DNA of 55,156 nt, filler included, from Squatina squatina (taxonomy: Eukaryota): the NCBI GenBank assembly GCA_031763465.1. It is 3 parts of 3 records of this genome, joined end to end, with 100 filler letters (N's around TTAATTAATTAA, not from the genome) between each part and the next. Parts side by side here need not be neighbours in the genome. Positions count along the whole stretch, not along the records: positions 1 to 20,900 come from JARFOE010000230.1; positions 21,001 to 41,483 come from JARFOE010000001.1; 1 more part is not named here. The stretch is one strand, 5' to 3'. Positions 13,363 to 27,646 of the stretch are shown here, piece by piece. The position numbers were made by a program, and so were the translations under genes. Position 1 is the first letter of the stretch. The number at the start of each line of letters is the position of its first letter. The notes under the pieces were generated by a model. That model had not been told where the DNA came from and made no database searches. It saw nothing but the letters and a program-made list of their open reading frames with translations.

Positions 13363-16300
13363 NNNNNNNNNNNNNNNNNNNNNNNNNNNNNNNNNNNNNN
13401 NNNNNNNNNNNNNNNNNNNNNNNNNNNNNNNNNNNNNNNNNNNNNNNNNNNNNNNNNNNNNNCTCCACCCTGCACGCGACACATAAAAGAGATGATCTAA
13501 TTAAAGTTTTCAATATGATGAAGGAAAATGATCAAATCGATCAAGAGGAATATTCACACGCAGATCTCGTGGTGTTGCTCACAAGAAGTCAGAATAAATG
13601 CTGCTTTCTAACAGTTGAGGTGTTACCAATAAAGTATGACAAGTATGACAGCAAAAGTGCTCCAGAAAGTGCAAGATTTTGAATGTACTTCTGGAAGATG
13701 TTCATTGGCATTGCTTAAGATAACTCCTCACAGCTCTTCACATTTGTATCCGTCACTCTGTTGTCCTGATAGGTACAGACCAAGTATAAATACTCCTTAG
13801 GTTAGGGTTAGGGTCCTGTGCTTGGGGTGGGTGGGGGGTTTTGTGAATGAACAGTAGGGGCAAAGTTGGAATTTAACACATTAAAAGAAAAATCAGAATT
13901 CTTGCACAATTTGAATTAAGCAATCTTGAATTGAGAGGAGAGTGGAGTGGTAATATGCATGCAAATTAATATTCTGCAGTTCTGCTTAACCAGCTTTCGG
14001 GATCAGCAAATGTTTATGCCGAAACATCACTCAGCTGGTTAAACGGGTGGTACACAACTATGGAAGAAGTGGACTTGATGGGGGTGAAACGTTTTCATGT
14101 TCTTCATTCTTTCCCTTGCCTGCTTCACTGAGTTTGTAACCTCGGTCACATCACTGTGGGACAATGCCGACTTTCCACTCAGCCCCTCCCTTCCAGCCCC
14201 CCCAGTCTCTTCCCACAGGGGAAAAGGGAAAATCAGAACCAACCAATGTTGCAGCTGTCCCAACAGCACCAAGAGTTGTGAGGGAATAGGAAGAGGGAAA
14301 TCATATCACAAAATAAATTAACTACTCGTGATCTTCAAATTTTCATATTAGAGTGTTCATTTCTCAAATCTTCATTCATTCATTCAATGTGAAACTGACA
14401 AACATGTCTTGGATCTAATCCCATAAGTTAAGTTAAATAAAATACTTTTTTGAAATATTCTAGCCATTTTTTTTCTGATCTTACAAATCTTTGTCTTCCG
14501 AGATCTCCAGTGGGTCTGTGAATTGGTTTTATCACTGCTTCCAGTAAATGAATTTTTCTTCTCTACACCACAGTGACAAAAAGATGGAAATACCCAGGAG
14601 GCTTATGAAGTGGACTTCAAGCTGTCAGCACCTACAGCCTGATTTTCTTACAAAAACCTCGTCAAGCTGACAGCTGATGTGGTTCAAAGAGGTTCAAACA
14701 TTTTTAATGCCTGAAACTTCCTTTACTGGAGAGACAGAAAGGAATAGATATCATCACAATATCCCTTCGGATTTAAGGCAGTGGTTTTACATTGTACCTA
14801 AATCAACAATGTTTTATCCTTACATTCTCTCTAACCCCTTTCCCCCATTCAGCTCACATTGTGATTAAAAAAAAAAATTCCTGCCAAACTTAAAATTCTT
14901 CTACTGCCACTCTCATACTGTAGTTTCATGATAACCTACCAAGTGTGTGAGTCTTGAANNNNNNNNNNNNNNNNNNNNNNNNNNNNNNNNNNNNNNNNNN
15001 NNNNNNNNNNNNNNNNNNNNNNNNNNNNNNNNNNNNNNNNNNNNNNNNNNNNNNNNNNCTCTGTTGTATTTACACTGGTATAGTTGGCTTGCATATCCTG
15101 CTGGCAGAATTATAGACCCTCAAAAATGAGCAGTTTTCACAACATAAACACATGGAGCTGGCACACAGACACGGGTCTTCTGTCACCCAAACTGCAGAAG
15201 TACCAAATACAGAAGGGCTTTGTTCAGAAGATCGCAGTTCAACAATATTATCGTCACTTCCTCCTTTCCCACAAAAAAAATACACAACTGCTGACTGAAT
15301 ACTTTCTTAGCTGAGTGTTTACTAAAAAATCTTGCCGAGATGTACCTTTCCATAATAATACACTGGTTTGCTCCTTATTCTGGCCTACATATTTTACACC
15401 ACTCCCACCCCCCTCAAAAAAAACAGAAACCTGGCTGGACAAATCTTCAAAACCTCACTACTAAAGATGGACTGCCTGATGTTAAAAACAATCCATAAAG
15501 GCTGTGATAAATTGTACTGAACTGTCATCATTTCCACATTGTGAGAATCTTAACATAATAATTATGGTCTACAGACAATGATTAATAAGATCCCATTAAA
15601 GCCACTCCTTTATCTTGCACAAGTTTAACATTCAGAAAAATGAAATTAATATGCTTTACTACACTAAAAGGCACTATATAAATGCAAGTTATCAATATTT
15701 CACAATACCCGAATTATCAGCACATAATGACCATTATGATTTTCCAGTTAATACAAATCTATTCCTGATTTCCGGATGGCCGTGCAGCAAATACCTCACA
15801 ATTAATCATCTTCATTCAGTGCTATCATGTATTAAACATGAAGAATACTGACCACTTATGCCACCACCAGTATGAACAAAACTGAATACTCTACGTCCCA
15901 AATAAAACTCAAACCAAACAAAAACCCACCACAAGAAATATCCTGGGAATGATCACCGAATCCCAGCAATTCAGTTACGTGGTTTCTGGGGTCCAATGTT
16001 CATTATTGTTTTCATTTTCTTTGGATTGGGCAATTATTTTCAGCAGTATTATGTTTGCACTAACTTTGATGCAAACATTTTTGAATCATTTAAAAAAAAA
16101 GTAAAATTTAAAAAAAAGAGTAAAATAGGCAAGAAGCAAAACGAGGAGAACTTGGAGGAGAGAACAGGGGAGGATCATGGAGCAGAGTCTCCCACAAGTG
16201 GGTGGGGGAGGTAATGGGCATAGGCATCCTGGGTGGATAATATTATCCCTCCCCACATGAAAAGAGATCATTTTGTTTTTCTCCCCAAAAGCAAACCTTT

Positions 16301-17846
16301 TTTTAAAAAAGAGCTATTCATGTAGCCACCCTACTGGTTGATGAATTTGGCCTCTGCTCCTTTGTATAAGTGTCCACTAAAACTGGCAATAAAACTGGGA
16401 GGGAAACCAGAAATCAGTAACAAGAAAAGCTATGTGCTTAATGTAAGCTCCAGAGCAGCCTCGGAAGAAATAAAGCAGTCAAGATGCCTGGCTAACAGCT
16501 AAATACAGCGACACACACATCCGCCTAAAGAATTTAAGGCTATTCAATTCAGTTAAAGCAAAGTCTACCATGACAGATCTTTTTGGAGTGCGTCTTGGGA
16601 ATTGTAACACTGGATCTATGCTTATTGTCCATTCAAAACAAATGTCGCATTCTGCTAACAACATTTCTACTGACAATATTTACAGCACAGAAACAGGCTA
16701 TTCGGCCCAACTGGTCTGTACTCCACACAGCCTATTTATTAGAGAGCTTGTGAGATTTTATCATCAGTTGAAAGTGAAAATGTCATGTCCTTGTCATAAA
16801 ANNNNNNNNNNNNNNNNNNNNNNNNNNNNNNNNNNNNNNNNNNNNNNNNNNNNNNNNNNNNNNNNNNNNNNNNNNNNNNNNNNNNNNNNNNNNNNNNNNN
16901 NGTTGAGCAGAATGTGTTGCATTAAATTAAGATTTTCCAAGACCCCAATTTGAGAACTTGCCTCTAATGAGGCCACAACTCTGTTCTGGGGTCTGCTATT
17001 TAATTTGCTGCCCTTGCTTTCACAGACCAATGGAGAAAGTCACGTTGCACGTACTCTAATCGTCTTAATTTCCTTCCTGATCCAAGAGATAAGATTTATT
17101 TTTTTAATTATAGACTGTGCTCAAATATACTGTGTCTCAGAGGGAAATGCACACAGCACTGCGGCGGGCGAGATATCAGGCAGCGTTTGTCAAAGTCCTA
17201 CTTTTACTTGGTTTTTTTTAAAAAGAGAGGAGCGCCAGTCTTGGAAGCAGGAAAAAGAAGGGGAAAAAAACAACTTAACGTGAGTATAATTTTCGAATGT
17301 TGCCAATTGGAAACACAATTGAAAAAGAGAAATGATAACTAGTTGCTTGGTTCTGGTATTCAGTGCTTTTAAAAATAAATTGATGCCAAAAATATGGGCT
17401 CTGCAATATTTCAAGATTAAAAAAAAATTGATTGAATTGTTTCATAAAATAAACATTTCTCCAAAAACCGTTTCTACATTCCATCTTTATCTTGTAATCA
17501 CACTGAGGTAACTTAATTTTACTTCCCTCGACAATTTTAACAATAAAATGATTTTCTTGCTTTAAACTATTTTATTCTTATTTGTATTGGTAGATTCGAA
17601 AAGTTGCTCCGAGAAGGTGGAGAGCAAGTTCTACATTAACGAATGTACAGTGAACAGCTAGCTGATTTTATTTGTGGGTAACAAGTAAATTATAAAATAA
17701 GCTCGCAGAATATACATTTTAATACATATTTATTGAACGACCAGACGACTTCTCATTTCTGTAGTTGCAATTGCGTATTGTGTCCTTCTAAATAAAAGAG
17801 TGTGTGCAGCTTGTAAGAGGAGACATGGGTAATAAATGAACCAAAC

Positions 17847-17984
17847 CTTAATGGAAGGCTTCGACTTTTTGTTGGGTGAACAATTGAGGTCTTCATGAAC
17901 TCTGTTCAGTAACCACAGAAGGAACTCAAGTGCATCATGCTGAGAATTCCCACGAAATTGGGACCCATATTTTGCTACTATGTT
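17847..17984 (-). CDS. USP43: USP43 early coding exon (QHDALEFL motif)
   Basis: NIVAKYGSQFRGNSQHDALEFLLWLLNRVHEDLNCSPNKKSKPSIK; acceptor tttcag, donor AAG|gtttgg; 138 bp, phase 0/0. Confidence 0.88.
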
Positions 17985-19633
17985 CTGAAATAAAACAAAC
18001 ATTCTTTATTAAAACAAGACAGGTCCGCAGTGTTCGAAAAGGTAAAAAGTCATANNNNNNNNNNNNNNNNNNNNNNNNNNNNNNNNNNNNNNNNNNNNNN
18101 NNNNNNNNNNNNNNNNNNNNNNNNNNNNNNNNNNNNNNNNNNNNNNNNNNNNNNAATGGTATAGTGAAATGTTCTAAGAAATTTTGGACCTGTATGTTTA
18201 ATTTTGTGATTAGGATAACATTTACTTTGCAAGGTATACTACACCACCATGCCCAAATTATCTCCCTCAATGTGGCTATTGAATGATGTTCCAGAGAGTT
18301 GTAATCATTTCTCATATCTTATATTTGCAGGCATGTAATGTCAACAGCATTCTGTGAAGCAAAAAATTTGAGCAAGGCAGGATTAATGATAGAATCCTCA
18401 TGAGCAGTATCGTAAAAAACCTAAGTTATGAATGAACACTATTAAGTGTATGAAGGGCTTTGGAGATTACTTAAAATCACCAGTTGCTGTTAATTAACAG
18501 TTGACTATGTAAACCTGCAGCATTCCTTCGAATAAAATGGTAAATTCAGTGATCCTGTGCTCGAAGCTGGGGGCTTTTTGAAGGGAACATGGAGATGGGG
18601 CTATAATACTGTTCTGCCGATACTCCCTTCATGCATGGTATCATTGCATTTAGTCCAACCAGTGAGGATTATCATTATCAAAACTGTCTTGGAAGAGTTA
18701 CTGTGGGAGCTAAATTAGCTTGGACAGGCACCCAAAGCATATCTTTTCTACTATTACAAGCTCTGTCAAATCAGTTCTCTAATGAGCGAATCAACAATTT
18801 TGTTTTTAAAACAAAAATCAAGATATCAACTGAAATAGATGGGGATGGAATACACAAAAACTGTAAAATGAGTCCGAATTCTTTTTAATAGTTTTAGTCA
18901 GCAGATTTACCCAGTAAGTAAGAACAGAGGAGGAAGGTCTTGGCCTTGCTCACTTGTTTCTATGGAGTTCCCTGATCCCAGCCAGGGCAGGAATAGAAGC
19001 TCTTGGTTTTTGCTCCTCATTACCACTGCTGAAAGTTCATGTGCGTGGGTGCTCGGTGAGGACAACATAAGGGATGGCTACAATACCCTCATAGTTGAAT
19101 AGGCTGCTGACACTCATCGTCAAGCCTTGTACATTAAATAATGTTGAGAAATTCGAGGGTAAATGACACTCATGGAACCACTTCTGAAAAAGGAATCATC
19201 GTTTTCAGATTAGGGAGGGAAGAGAAAAAATTGGTGAGAAAAAACATAATTAGGTAGTGAAGTTTTGGGGTTTAAGATTAATATATTAAAACTACCCCTG
19301 AAATTTGAACAATTTTATTACTGCAATATCAATGTTTATATCACCGTAAGCTGAAAATTTACAAGAGAGACTGACATTTCAATACCTTAATGGTTAAATC
19401 CCTTGTTGTTTACACTGGTAAACTGGAGATTTTCTTCAGTGAAATAAAATTCCAAATCCCCCCCAAAAATAACATTGTTCAAAAAATAGGTTGTTTGTTT
19501 AATATAACTTGGTTGTATTGCACATGTATAAAAATGTCCTTAGTCTTCATTGAAATGGCATTTGATTATTGGCAAAACAATAAATGTTTTCATTTAAAGC
19601 AGTAAACAGGTCTTCATGTACAATTTTTCTTAC

Positions 19634-19736
19634 CTTCCTGTCTTTTCCACTAGTTATTATTTGATATTCCTCAGGATGGTAACAGACACACTTAAAAAGG
19701 GTGTTTGCCAAAATCATTTGATTTCGTGCATAGCGG
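19634..19736 (-). CDS. CFAP52: Cilia- and flagella-associated protein 52 (WDR16), internal exon
   Basis: RYARNQMILANTLFKCVCYHPEEYQIITSGKDRK; acceptor ttacag, donor AAG|gtaaga. Confidence 0.9.
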
Positions 19737-20087
19737 CTGTAAGAAATAAGCAACATGTAATTTAAAGGTTAGCAGAAAATTCAGTAGCATTCTAGTGCCA
19801 AGGCCATACATCAGGGATGAACAAAAAATTCTCTCTGCCCCCCCACCCTCATTTTCTCCCTTCTTTTCCTAAAGATGTTGGGGTTGAAATTCAGCTGGGG
19901 GCGTTAAGACTCTGGGGCCAGGATTTTTATGTATTGAGTTTACCATCACGAAAATGAGGCGGGGCGCTGACCACCTCATATCCGGGGNNNNNNNNNNNNN
20001 NNNNNNNNNNNNNNNNNNNNNNNNNNNNNNNNNNNNNNNNNNNNNNNNNNNNNNNNNNNNNNNNNNNNNNNNNNNNNNNNNNNNNNN

Positions 20088-20130
20088 CCAGACTCTGGTG
20101 TAAAAGCACGAATCTTCCCATCATTCCAAG
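20088..20130 (-). CDS. CFAP52: CFAP52 internal exon, 3' part lost in a gap
   Basis: (A)WNDGKIRAFTPESG after acceptor tttcatag; in frame with the 20242-20390 exon across a 111-bp intron. Confidence 0.88.
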
Positions 20131-20241
20131 CTATGAAAATTTCATATTGGAAAAAACACTCACAAAATAAGGGGAAATGTATCAAATGTAGGAAGATGAA
20201 TTCTAGTGATTTGAACAATTAGAATAAATTCCATTGCTTAC

Positions 20242-20390
20242 CACTAATAATGCTTCTCCCATCATGCATAAATTCAATGGCATTGCACGTCATGTTTGGC
20301 ACAGCGATTCGCAGAAGCTCTTTATTGGTAGGGGTATGCCAGATTCTTATTTCATTCTTAGAGCATGTTCCAAACAGGTCTGAGGTTCCA
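20242..20390 (-). CDS. CFAP52: CFAP52 internal exon (WD40 repeat)
   Basis: Own translation: GTSDLFGTCSKNEIRIWHTPTNKELLRIAVPNMTCNAIEFMHDGRSIIS; acceptor aatatag, donor G|gtaagc. Confidence 0.92.
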
Positions 20391-20900
20391 CTATATTTGG
20401 AACAAAGAGATAATACTTAAAGAAGTCTTTCTTCAAGACTTCTCTTCAAAATCAGTTGCAAAGAATCATGGTTAATTAAAATAAAATCTTGTACATTTCT
20501 TTTTCCTTTTTTGCATGTATTTTTACAAAGGGGAAGCTGTGCCAAATGAATAGCTTGGAAGAGGTGTTGAATTGTTTAGTACAGGAGGTTGAATTAATGT
20601 AGTATAATTTGTAATGGGAGAGAATGCTCTCAGAAAATGTTTTGCAGCCTTGGATCTTGTTCTCTTCAAATGCCTCTTGCTCCATGTTGTCAGAATCCAG
20701 AGTCTTTCCTGACAGGTGAAGCTGCTTTTCCTCATCATAATGCCAATGTGCACCAATTAGTATGAGGAAAAAAGGGTTGAGACCTGCAACATCATGTTTC
20801 TGCCTTGTTTGCCCTTTACATTCATTTCTGGTGGGTTGTGTGAAGGCAGCTCTCCCATGAAACAGGTGGGAGATTCACTGTAATGCTTAAATAACACAGG

Positions 20901-21000
20901 NNNNNNNNNNNNNNNNNNNNNNNNNNNNNNNNNNNNNNNNNNNNTTAATTAATTAANNNNNNNNNNNNNNNNNNNNNNNNNNNNNNNNNNNNNNNNNNNN
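20901..21000. other. Artificial scaffold-joining linker (N44-TTAATTAATTAA-N44)
   Basis: A palindromic 12-mer giving stops in all six frames, centred in exactly 100 positions; the same structure recurs at 41484-41583; gene content changes across it. Confidence 0.95.
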
Positions 21001-21352
21001 ATATTACTGAATTACACACACACACACACACACAAGGGTGGAAAAAATGAAAATAAAAGACACTGATCAGTTTGCATTTTGTTAGATTCAATTTTCTTTT
21101 AAATACAAGTACTGATGGTGATTGTCTTAAGTACATATTAGCAAAGAAACCCCAACATAATATGCAACAGGGCTGATGATAAATAAGTACATGAGATGTG
21201 AAATCTTTGACTGAAAACACAAACCAGATCACTGTATATTTTGTTTTTAAATCTCCTACAGCTATTAATGTTCGTAAAAACAGTGCAAGTATAAGTAAAG
21301 GCAAACATTATACAGAAATCAAACATGCGGAATAATCTTTAAAACAACTTAC

Positions 21353-21466
21353 CATTATTCAGTGATTTTAAACTTCCTAAGAATTTTACATATTCATATA
21401 CAGGAGGCTCTTTAGGGTCTACTGCTCCTCTTAGCATATGGCAACAGAATTCTAGCTGATTGTTTG
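21353..21466 (-). CDS. CLOCK: Circadian transcription factor CLOCK, exon following PAS-A
   Basis: (A)[37 protein letters not shown]; acceptor ttttatag, donor G|gtaagt; 114 bp. Confidence 0.92.
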
Positions 21467-24400
21467 CTATAAAAAAGGAAAAAATAAATTGTGAAAATTC
21501 CAGCCTCAGTCCTATAGAAAAAGTAAGAAGATTAGTGAAATGACCGACAGAAACCAACAACCTCCTAAAGTCAAATGACCTTTCTTGCAGGCTAAGTTTC
21601 ATTCTTAGAATGGAGATATCTTCCACTTAACAGTAGTAACACACACCACTAGCATTCTGAAGTAATTAATGTCCTGAGAGGAAAGTAAAGCTTTAGGGCA
21701 AGATTAAGGGGCCCCAATTCGGCAGCGCCAGAACCGGCCGCTGTCTTCAGGACCCTGTAGCCCAATCTGCGCTGCGTCACTGGCAACGCACAGTGATGCA
21801 ACCTTGGGCTCTTTGTTCATGTTTCGGGCCAGCGTAACATGGCAATACTAACTCAGTATTGCCACGGCTTGACCCGGTCAATGCCGTGTCACATTCGGGT
21901 TGCNNNNNNNNNNNNNNNNNNNNNNNNNNNNNNNNNNNNNNNNNNNNNNNNNNNNNNNNNNNNNNNNNNNNNNNNNNNNNNNNNNNNNNNNNNNNNNNNN
22001 NNNACTTAGGAACACGACTAGGCCATACGTCCCTTCAAGCCTGCTCCGCCATTCAATAAGATCAAGACTGATCTTAAACCTCAATTCCACTTTCTTGCCC
22101 GATCTCCTTATCCTTTGAATCCCTTAGAGTCCAAAAATGTATCTACCTCAGTCTTTGAATATACTCAAGGATTCAGCAGCCACAGCCCTTTTGGAGCAGA
22201 AAATTATAAAGATTCACAACTGTCTGAGTCTTTCTACTTATTGTCATTCGTTTGTTGCTAGTTACAGCCTCAGAATGGTTTAACAACACAGTCCATCTGA
22301 TTGATGCTGAGCACAGGAGAGGGGAGTAATAAAGCTAGTGAGTTGGATGTAAAGGTATAATAGAGCTTGTGACTGGTTACTGTAGCATTGACAATTTTAT
22401 TAGTGCATTAGTCAACAATAAAAGCCACTGAAACAATTGTCCATTGATCTGAATACAAATTCAAGAAAAATTCTCGCTCCCAAGTAATGATTATGCCCAG
22501 GAAGGCAACATTGTAAAACCACATTGTGCTCCTGACCTTCATTTTGCCTAATAGCTCCAACTACCTTCTTTCACCTCCAAGTTTTCCTAAGCTCCTCCTA
22601 GACAGTTCATATAACGATTGCAGTGCAAGATGCAACCTGCTGGTTCTCCACAGCAGAGCTTCATTAATCTTCAGTGAGATAGGCTCCACCAGAGAGAATG
22701 AGCAGAATCACACAATGTTAATTGTTTGGAAAGCATCTTAAGAGCTGACTATCTGAAAGAATAAGGGGAATTATTTATTTTTTTCCATTTGTTTCTTGTA
22801 CAAAGTTCAACAAAACATTGTAATTTTTCTTTAAAAAGCGGTGGTGCAAATTCTGATAATGCTTTGTTCACATGTTTGCTATCTTGTGACAAAAGAAATA
22901 ATTGTTCACTTGGTCAGTAACCAAACATTGATTATGACTGTATCTGCAAGTGACAGCATGTCTGGTGGCCCAGGAACCATTAATAGTCACTTGGTTTGTA
23001 TGGTATGTTATATCATTCTGACTATCTGGATGGGGAGGAAAAAAAAATCACTTGGCATCTCTGGTTGTAAGGACTTGGGAAAGAGAGCTTAATATAGCTG
23101 TACTAAAATTTATCTACATTAACGACAAAGTTTTCTGCCAATCTATAGTGACCAGCCAATCAATATCAAGCCAGTGAGTTCAGGAATTATGTTCTTTTTA
23201 TGGTAGGCACAGTAGTCATTTGCAAAAGAAGTAATTCTGTACTTTTCTCAGCATTCTTATAAGTGGATATTTAAAGCCAAGATAGTAAAATGACTTCCAA
23301 GGCACCAGAAGATGACTCAGTCTTTTGAAGAGTCCAGAATGCTGAGCTAGGTACTCTGTCACGATGGTACATACCCAATAGGCTTCTCATTGTTGCAGTC
23401 ATGAGCCTAAATTTCTCTTCCTCTTGCCAGTGTCTCCAATTAGATTCTCTGGGATGATATGCCATGTCCAAGAACCGGCAATAAAATTCCAGTGCTGGTT
23501 AGATAACCTTTTGTGTTGGCATTCTTAATTCTGAGTGTTTTAAGATAAGCATTCGAGGCAGTGAAATCTTGTATCTCAAGTTTTCTTTTTGTTANNNNNN
23601 NNNNNNNNNNNNNNNNNNNNNNNNNNNNNNNNNNNNNNNNNNNNNNNNNNNNNNNNNNNNNNNNNNNNNNNNNNNNNNNNNNNNNNNNNNNNNNNNNNNN
23701 NNNNNNNNNNNNNNNNNNNNNNNNNNNNNNNNNNNNNNNNNNNNNNNNNNNNNNNNNNNNNNNNNNNNNNNNNNNNNNNNNNNNNNNNNNNNNNNNNNNN
23801 NNNNNNNNNNNNNNNNNNNNNNNNNNNNNNNNNNNNNNNNNNNNNNNNNNNNNNNNNNNNNNNNNNNNNNNNNNNNNNNNNNNNNNNNNATGTGCAGACC
23901 TTACCCCTTGAGGGTCTGTGTGTGGAAGACCTGAACTGAAGGAGAAACACAGACCTGGTTACATTTGCTCTACATAACATTTAATTCATTTTTGAAAAAC
24001 AATACAATTGATGAAATACATATACAACAATTCACTATTTCTGAACAAATGGATGTTCTTTCATTATTAACTTAGTGTAGGCATTTCATGAGTAACAAAC
24101 ACACAACTTTTCTGGACAAAATATGTAATTCAAGCGAAATACTGCTCAACTGTGTGAAAACAGCATACATTCTCAGAAAGATATATTACTGAAACATGAG
24201 AAGACCATGCGAAAAACAGAATCTGGCATAAAGTCATGGAACTTTATGCTTTCAGAATGTACTGCCTACAAAATATTTTCTGTAGAAATATCATGCCAAT
24301 TAAAAAGCAGAATACAGATCTACAGAGCATTTATTATATTTTTAATTTTAGCACAGAAATAATGTTTACCTGCCACATTGGCAATACACAAGACAAAACA

Positions 24401-25056
24401 ATTTTATAGATGGGTTTACAATTATTGTACACCAANNNNNNNNNNNNNNNNNNNNNNNNNNNNNNNNNNNNNNNNNNNNNNNNNNNNNNNNNNNNNNNNN
24501 NNNNNNNNNNNNNNNNNNNNNNCAAGCTGAAAATAGAATTCAGCACTACCACAGATCTAGCTTGTTTCTAGTTCACGGACAATTTTTTGTATATTAACCA
24601 ACTGAAAGGCAGTTTAGACAGGATTATTTTGAACACTAAAATCAGTAAATTAAGTTATCTATCACTTACAGTTTAAATAATGTGGAATCAAAGAATCGCT
24701 TTCCAATATTTGAGCAGAGAGGAATTTATAAACGTTTGAATGTTCCACCTCTGGCAGAAAAGTAAATAAATTTTGATCCAGAAGATCAGACTATGAAGAG
24801 AAAATGAGGCACAATTAGAAAAGCTACACAATGTCAAAATTGAAATCCCCTGAAAACACACTTCATTTCTAGAAATTATTACTGTGTAGTCCAAATATCT
24901 TCCTTATTAAGCAAACTAAATACATAGGCCCTTTTTTGTAGCAGTAATTAAAATATGCATTATTTTGATCAATACATTTTTAAACTGCACGAAGAGTCAA
25001 GATTTAAGAAACCCACTGCACATCCTGTTTATCAATCAACTTGAAAACATACTTAC

Positions 25057-25146
25057 TGGTAAATGTTCAAGTAAGGGAGTCACATTTTCTGATACATGTA
25101 TTATGCTTCCATCAGTTGTTACTGCTATAAAAAATCCATCTAATGC
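25057..25146 (-). CDS. CLOCK: CLOCK PAS-A exon
   Basis: Own translation: [30 protein letters not shown]; acceptor ttgcag, donor CCA|gtaagt; 90 bp. Confidence 0.92.
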
Positions 25147-27090
25147 CTGCAACAAAGAAAGGGTAGATTAGAACTCAGATGAACACCTGAATTCTTGAAA
25201 GTAGAACATTTGGGCTTTGTAGATGCTGCAACAGAACTTTACAAAATAAAACTTATACATGATTGTTAGTGTTGTTAACATCAGCTCCCCACATTAAAAT
25301 ATAATCAGAACGTAGATGCGGTGAGCAGAGCTCTTCCACGTATGCAAACATAAGTGCAGAGCACTACAAGAGCCAGCAATGTGGCTTTGGTCTGCCAGTG
25401 TCTATACAGTGTCCCTCTGTACAGTCATTTGTCTTTCCAGCAACAAGCACTTTCTTCAATTGAAAATCAATTTTAAATGCAATATACAAAACTGTAGTAA
25501 GTAATCACAATAAATCAATTAAATTATCAGAGCTATGTACACATAACTAAACTTTTCAGAAAGCGATAGAATAATGTTCGCTGGAACCATGGTGATATGG
25601 AGAGAATGCTTTCATTTGAAGAACAGAGACAAAACCTAGAANNNNNNNNNNNNNNNNNNNNNNNNNNNNNNNNNNNNNNNNNNNNNNNNNNNNNNNNNNN
25701 NNNNNNNNNNNNNNNNNNNNNNNNNNNNNNNNNNNNNNNNNGTGTGTAAAGTAACCTCTCAACTCAAGTACTATGAACACTTTCCCATAAGCAGGTAAGA
25801 AAGCAACTTTGAGAACCGAGTACTTATTGGCATATTTCCCTGACATGGCTTGCTTTCACTGGTGAGTTCCCGAACACCCGGGAACCTATGAACCTAAAGT
25901 TAAACTTAAAAACCCATGTCAACACGACTCTAATTGAGGCAACCCGCCTCTCCCTAGGGGGGTCGTTGCATGCAGTCTAACGTTCTGCAGTGAAACCGTG
26001 AAGTCAGTTGCTTGGAGCGGACTTCCTGACGTGCTATCAATTTTGCCGGTNNNNNNNNNNATGCTGTGTACTTGCCTTGCCTTACGAGTGAGTTCCAGGA
26101 AGCCCAGGAAACCAGTGGACCCAAAGTTAAAGTTAAATACCAATGTCACTATCACCCTAGTTGTATGATAAGTGGAAACCTGCTTAAAACAATGCAGTGA
26201 AACACAGAAGTCGGCAGGTTGGAGCCCCACCCATTCCCAAACACACGCGCTCCTGCTCATTAAAATCCTGCCCAGATTTTCACTAGACTAGACTGTACCC
26301 TCAAGTTTCACTATGTCTGGGTGAATTAAGCCCAGAGATTCAGAAAGCTGAGAATCCTTTCCATCAACTTTTTTTGGTTGCAAGGACTAAGGCTTAGTTC
26401 TGGCCAACCCTGGGACTCATTACAATTTTAACTAAAGGCAAAGTACCAGTGGCAGCAGCCATGGGTGTGCCTCATATCAGAAAGACTGTCACTTTTAAAA
26501 CTGTATATTGGCATGCACTAGCTGCCAGATTTTTTTTTTTTAAAAAGCAAATCAACATCCAGCTCAGGGTCAGAATGCCTCGAAGAAACTGGTAAATTCA
26601 AGAAAAACAATGGTTCCAACTGAAGTCAAAAAGTAAAATTGACAAAAATTAATCAAAAACTATCACATCTGGATGACACACAAAATAGTTTTACTGGAAA
26701 AAAATCTGATCCTACATTATTCAAGTGTTTTAAGCAAATCTTTATCTGACATGACAGTCTGGTGGGCACGTGTCATAGTTGATTCATGCTGGAAAAAGAA
26801 GAGAGGACCCAACCAGGCAGGCTGAGAATCAATAGGGCTGGTGCAAGATTACTTCTGTAAATTTAAAGGGATTATGCCCCCGAGACTTCCCTATTTGTAT
26901 GTGAAGAATAAAAAAAAAACCTTTATATTCTTGCTCTGCCTTTAGTCTTTAAATCAAAATTAAAATCCCAACGAAATAACGAGCGTGAAAGATTTAATGT
27001 ACTGATTTCATTCTCTCCCTCCCCAAAAAGCACACCTGTACTAAAAACACTAAGCAAGATATTTTGTTAACATAAGAACACAGCAACTAC

Positions 27091-27239
27091 CTTTGTGCTT
27101 CTGTAAAAAATCAATTGTTTTCTGTAATACTGTTGATTTATCCATTTTCCGAGTATTACCCGGTAGCATGGAGCCAAGCTCTTTAATCAGCACATTGAAC
27201 TGATCTCGTCGTTTCTTCTCGGACTTGTTCCTAGACACC
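27091..27239 (-). CDS. CLOCK: CLOCK bHLH exon
   Basis: [49 protein letters not shown]; acceptor ccttag, donor G|gtagtt. PDCL2/NMU/EXOC1 neighbours support CLOCK over NPAS2. Confidence 0.95.
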
Positions 27240-27646
27240 CTAAGGACACAAGAACATTTTAAATAGCAAATTATATTCATAAATACAGATAATTCATCCA
27301 AGAGTCATACAAATATTACATTTTCTAAAGGCCAAAATATCAAAATGATCTCCTGAATTTAGACTGTTACATTTTCAAATAAGTAAATTAGTAATGAGTG
27401 AAAGAGTAGATGGGCAACTGTTCAAAAATCATACTGACTATTCATTACCACGAGCCAGTTGCTATGGTCTACTGCATTGCAAAAACAAAATGCAAGTTAT
27501 GACGCAACTTCTGATTTTTATACAGAAACATAGAAAATAGGAGCAGNNNNNNNNNNNNNNNNNNNNNNNNNNNNNNNNNNNNNNNNNNNNNNNNNNNNNN
27601 NNNNNNNNNNNNNNNNNNNNNNNNNNNNNNNNNNNNNNNNNNNNNN

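Noticed and set aside
13797-13814. TTAGGG telomere-like motif
   Set aside because: Only two perfect units; too short to call an interstitial telomere.
20945-20956. TTAATTAATTAA palindrome as a biological site
   Set aside because: It is isolated within symmetric N runs and repeated at 41528; it is a synthetic linker.
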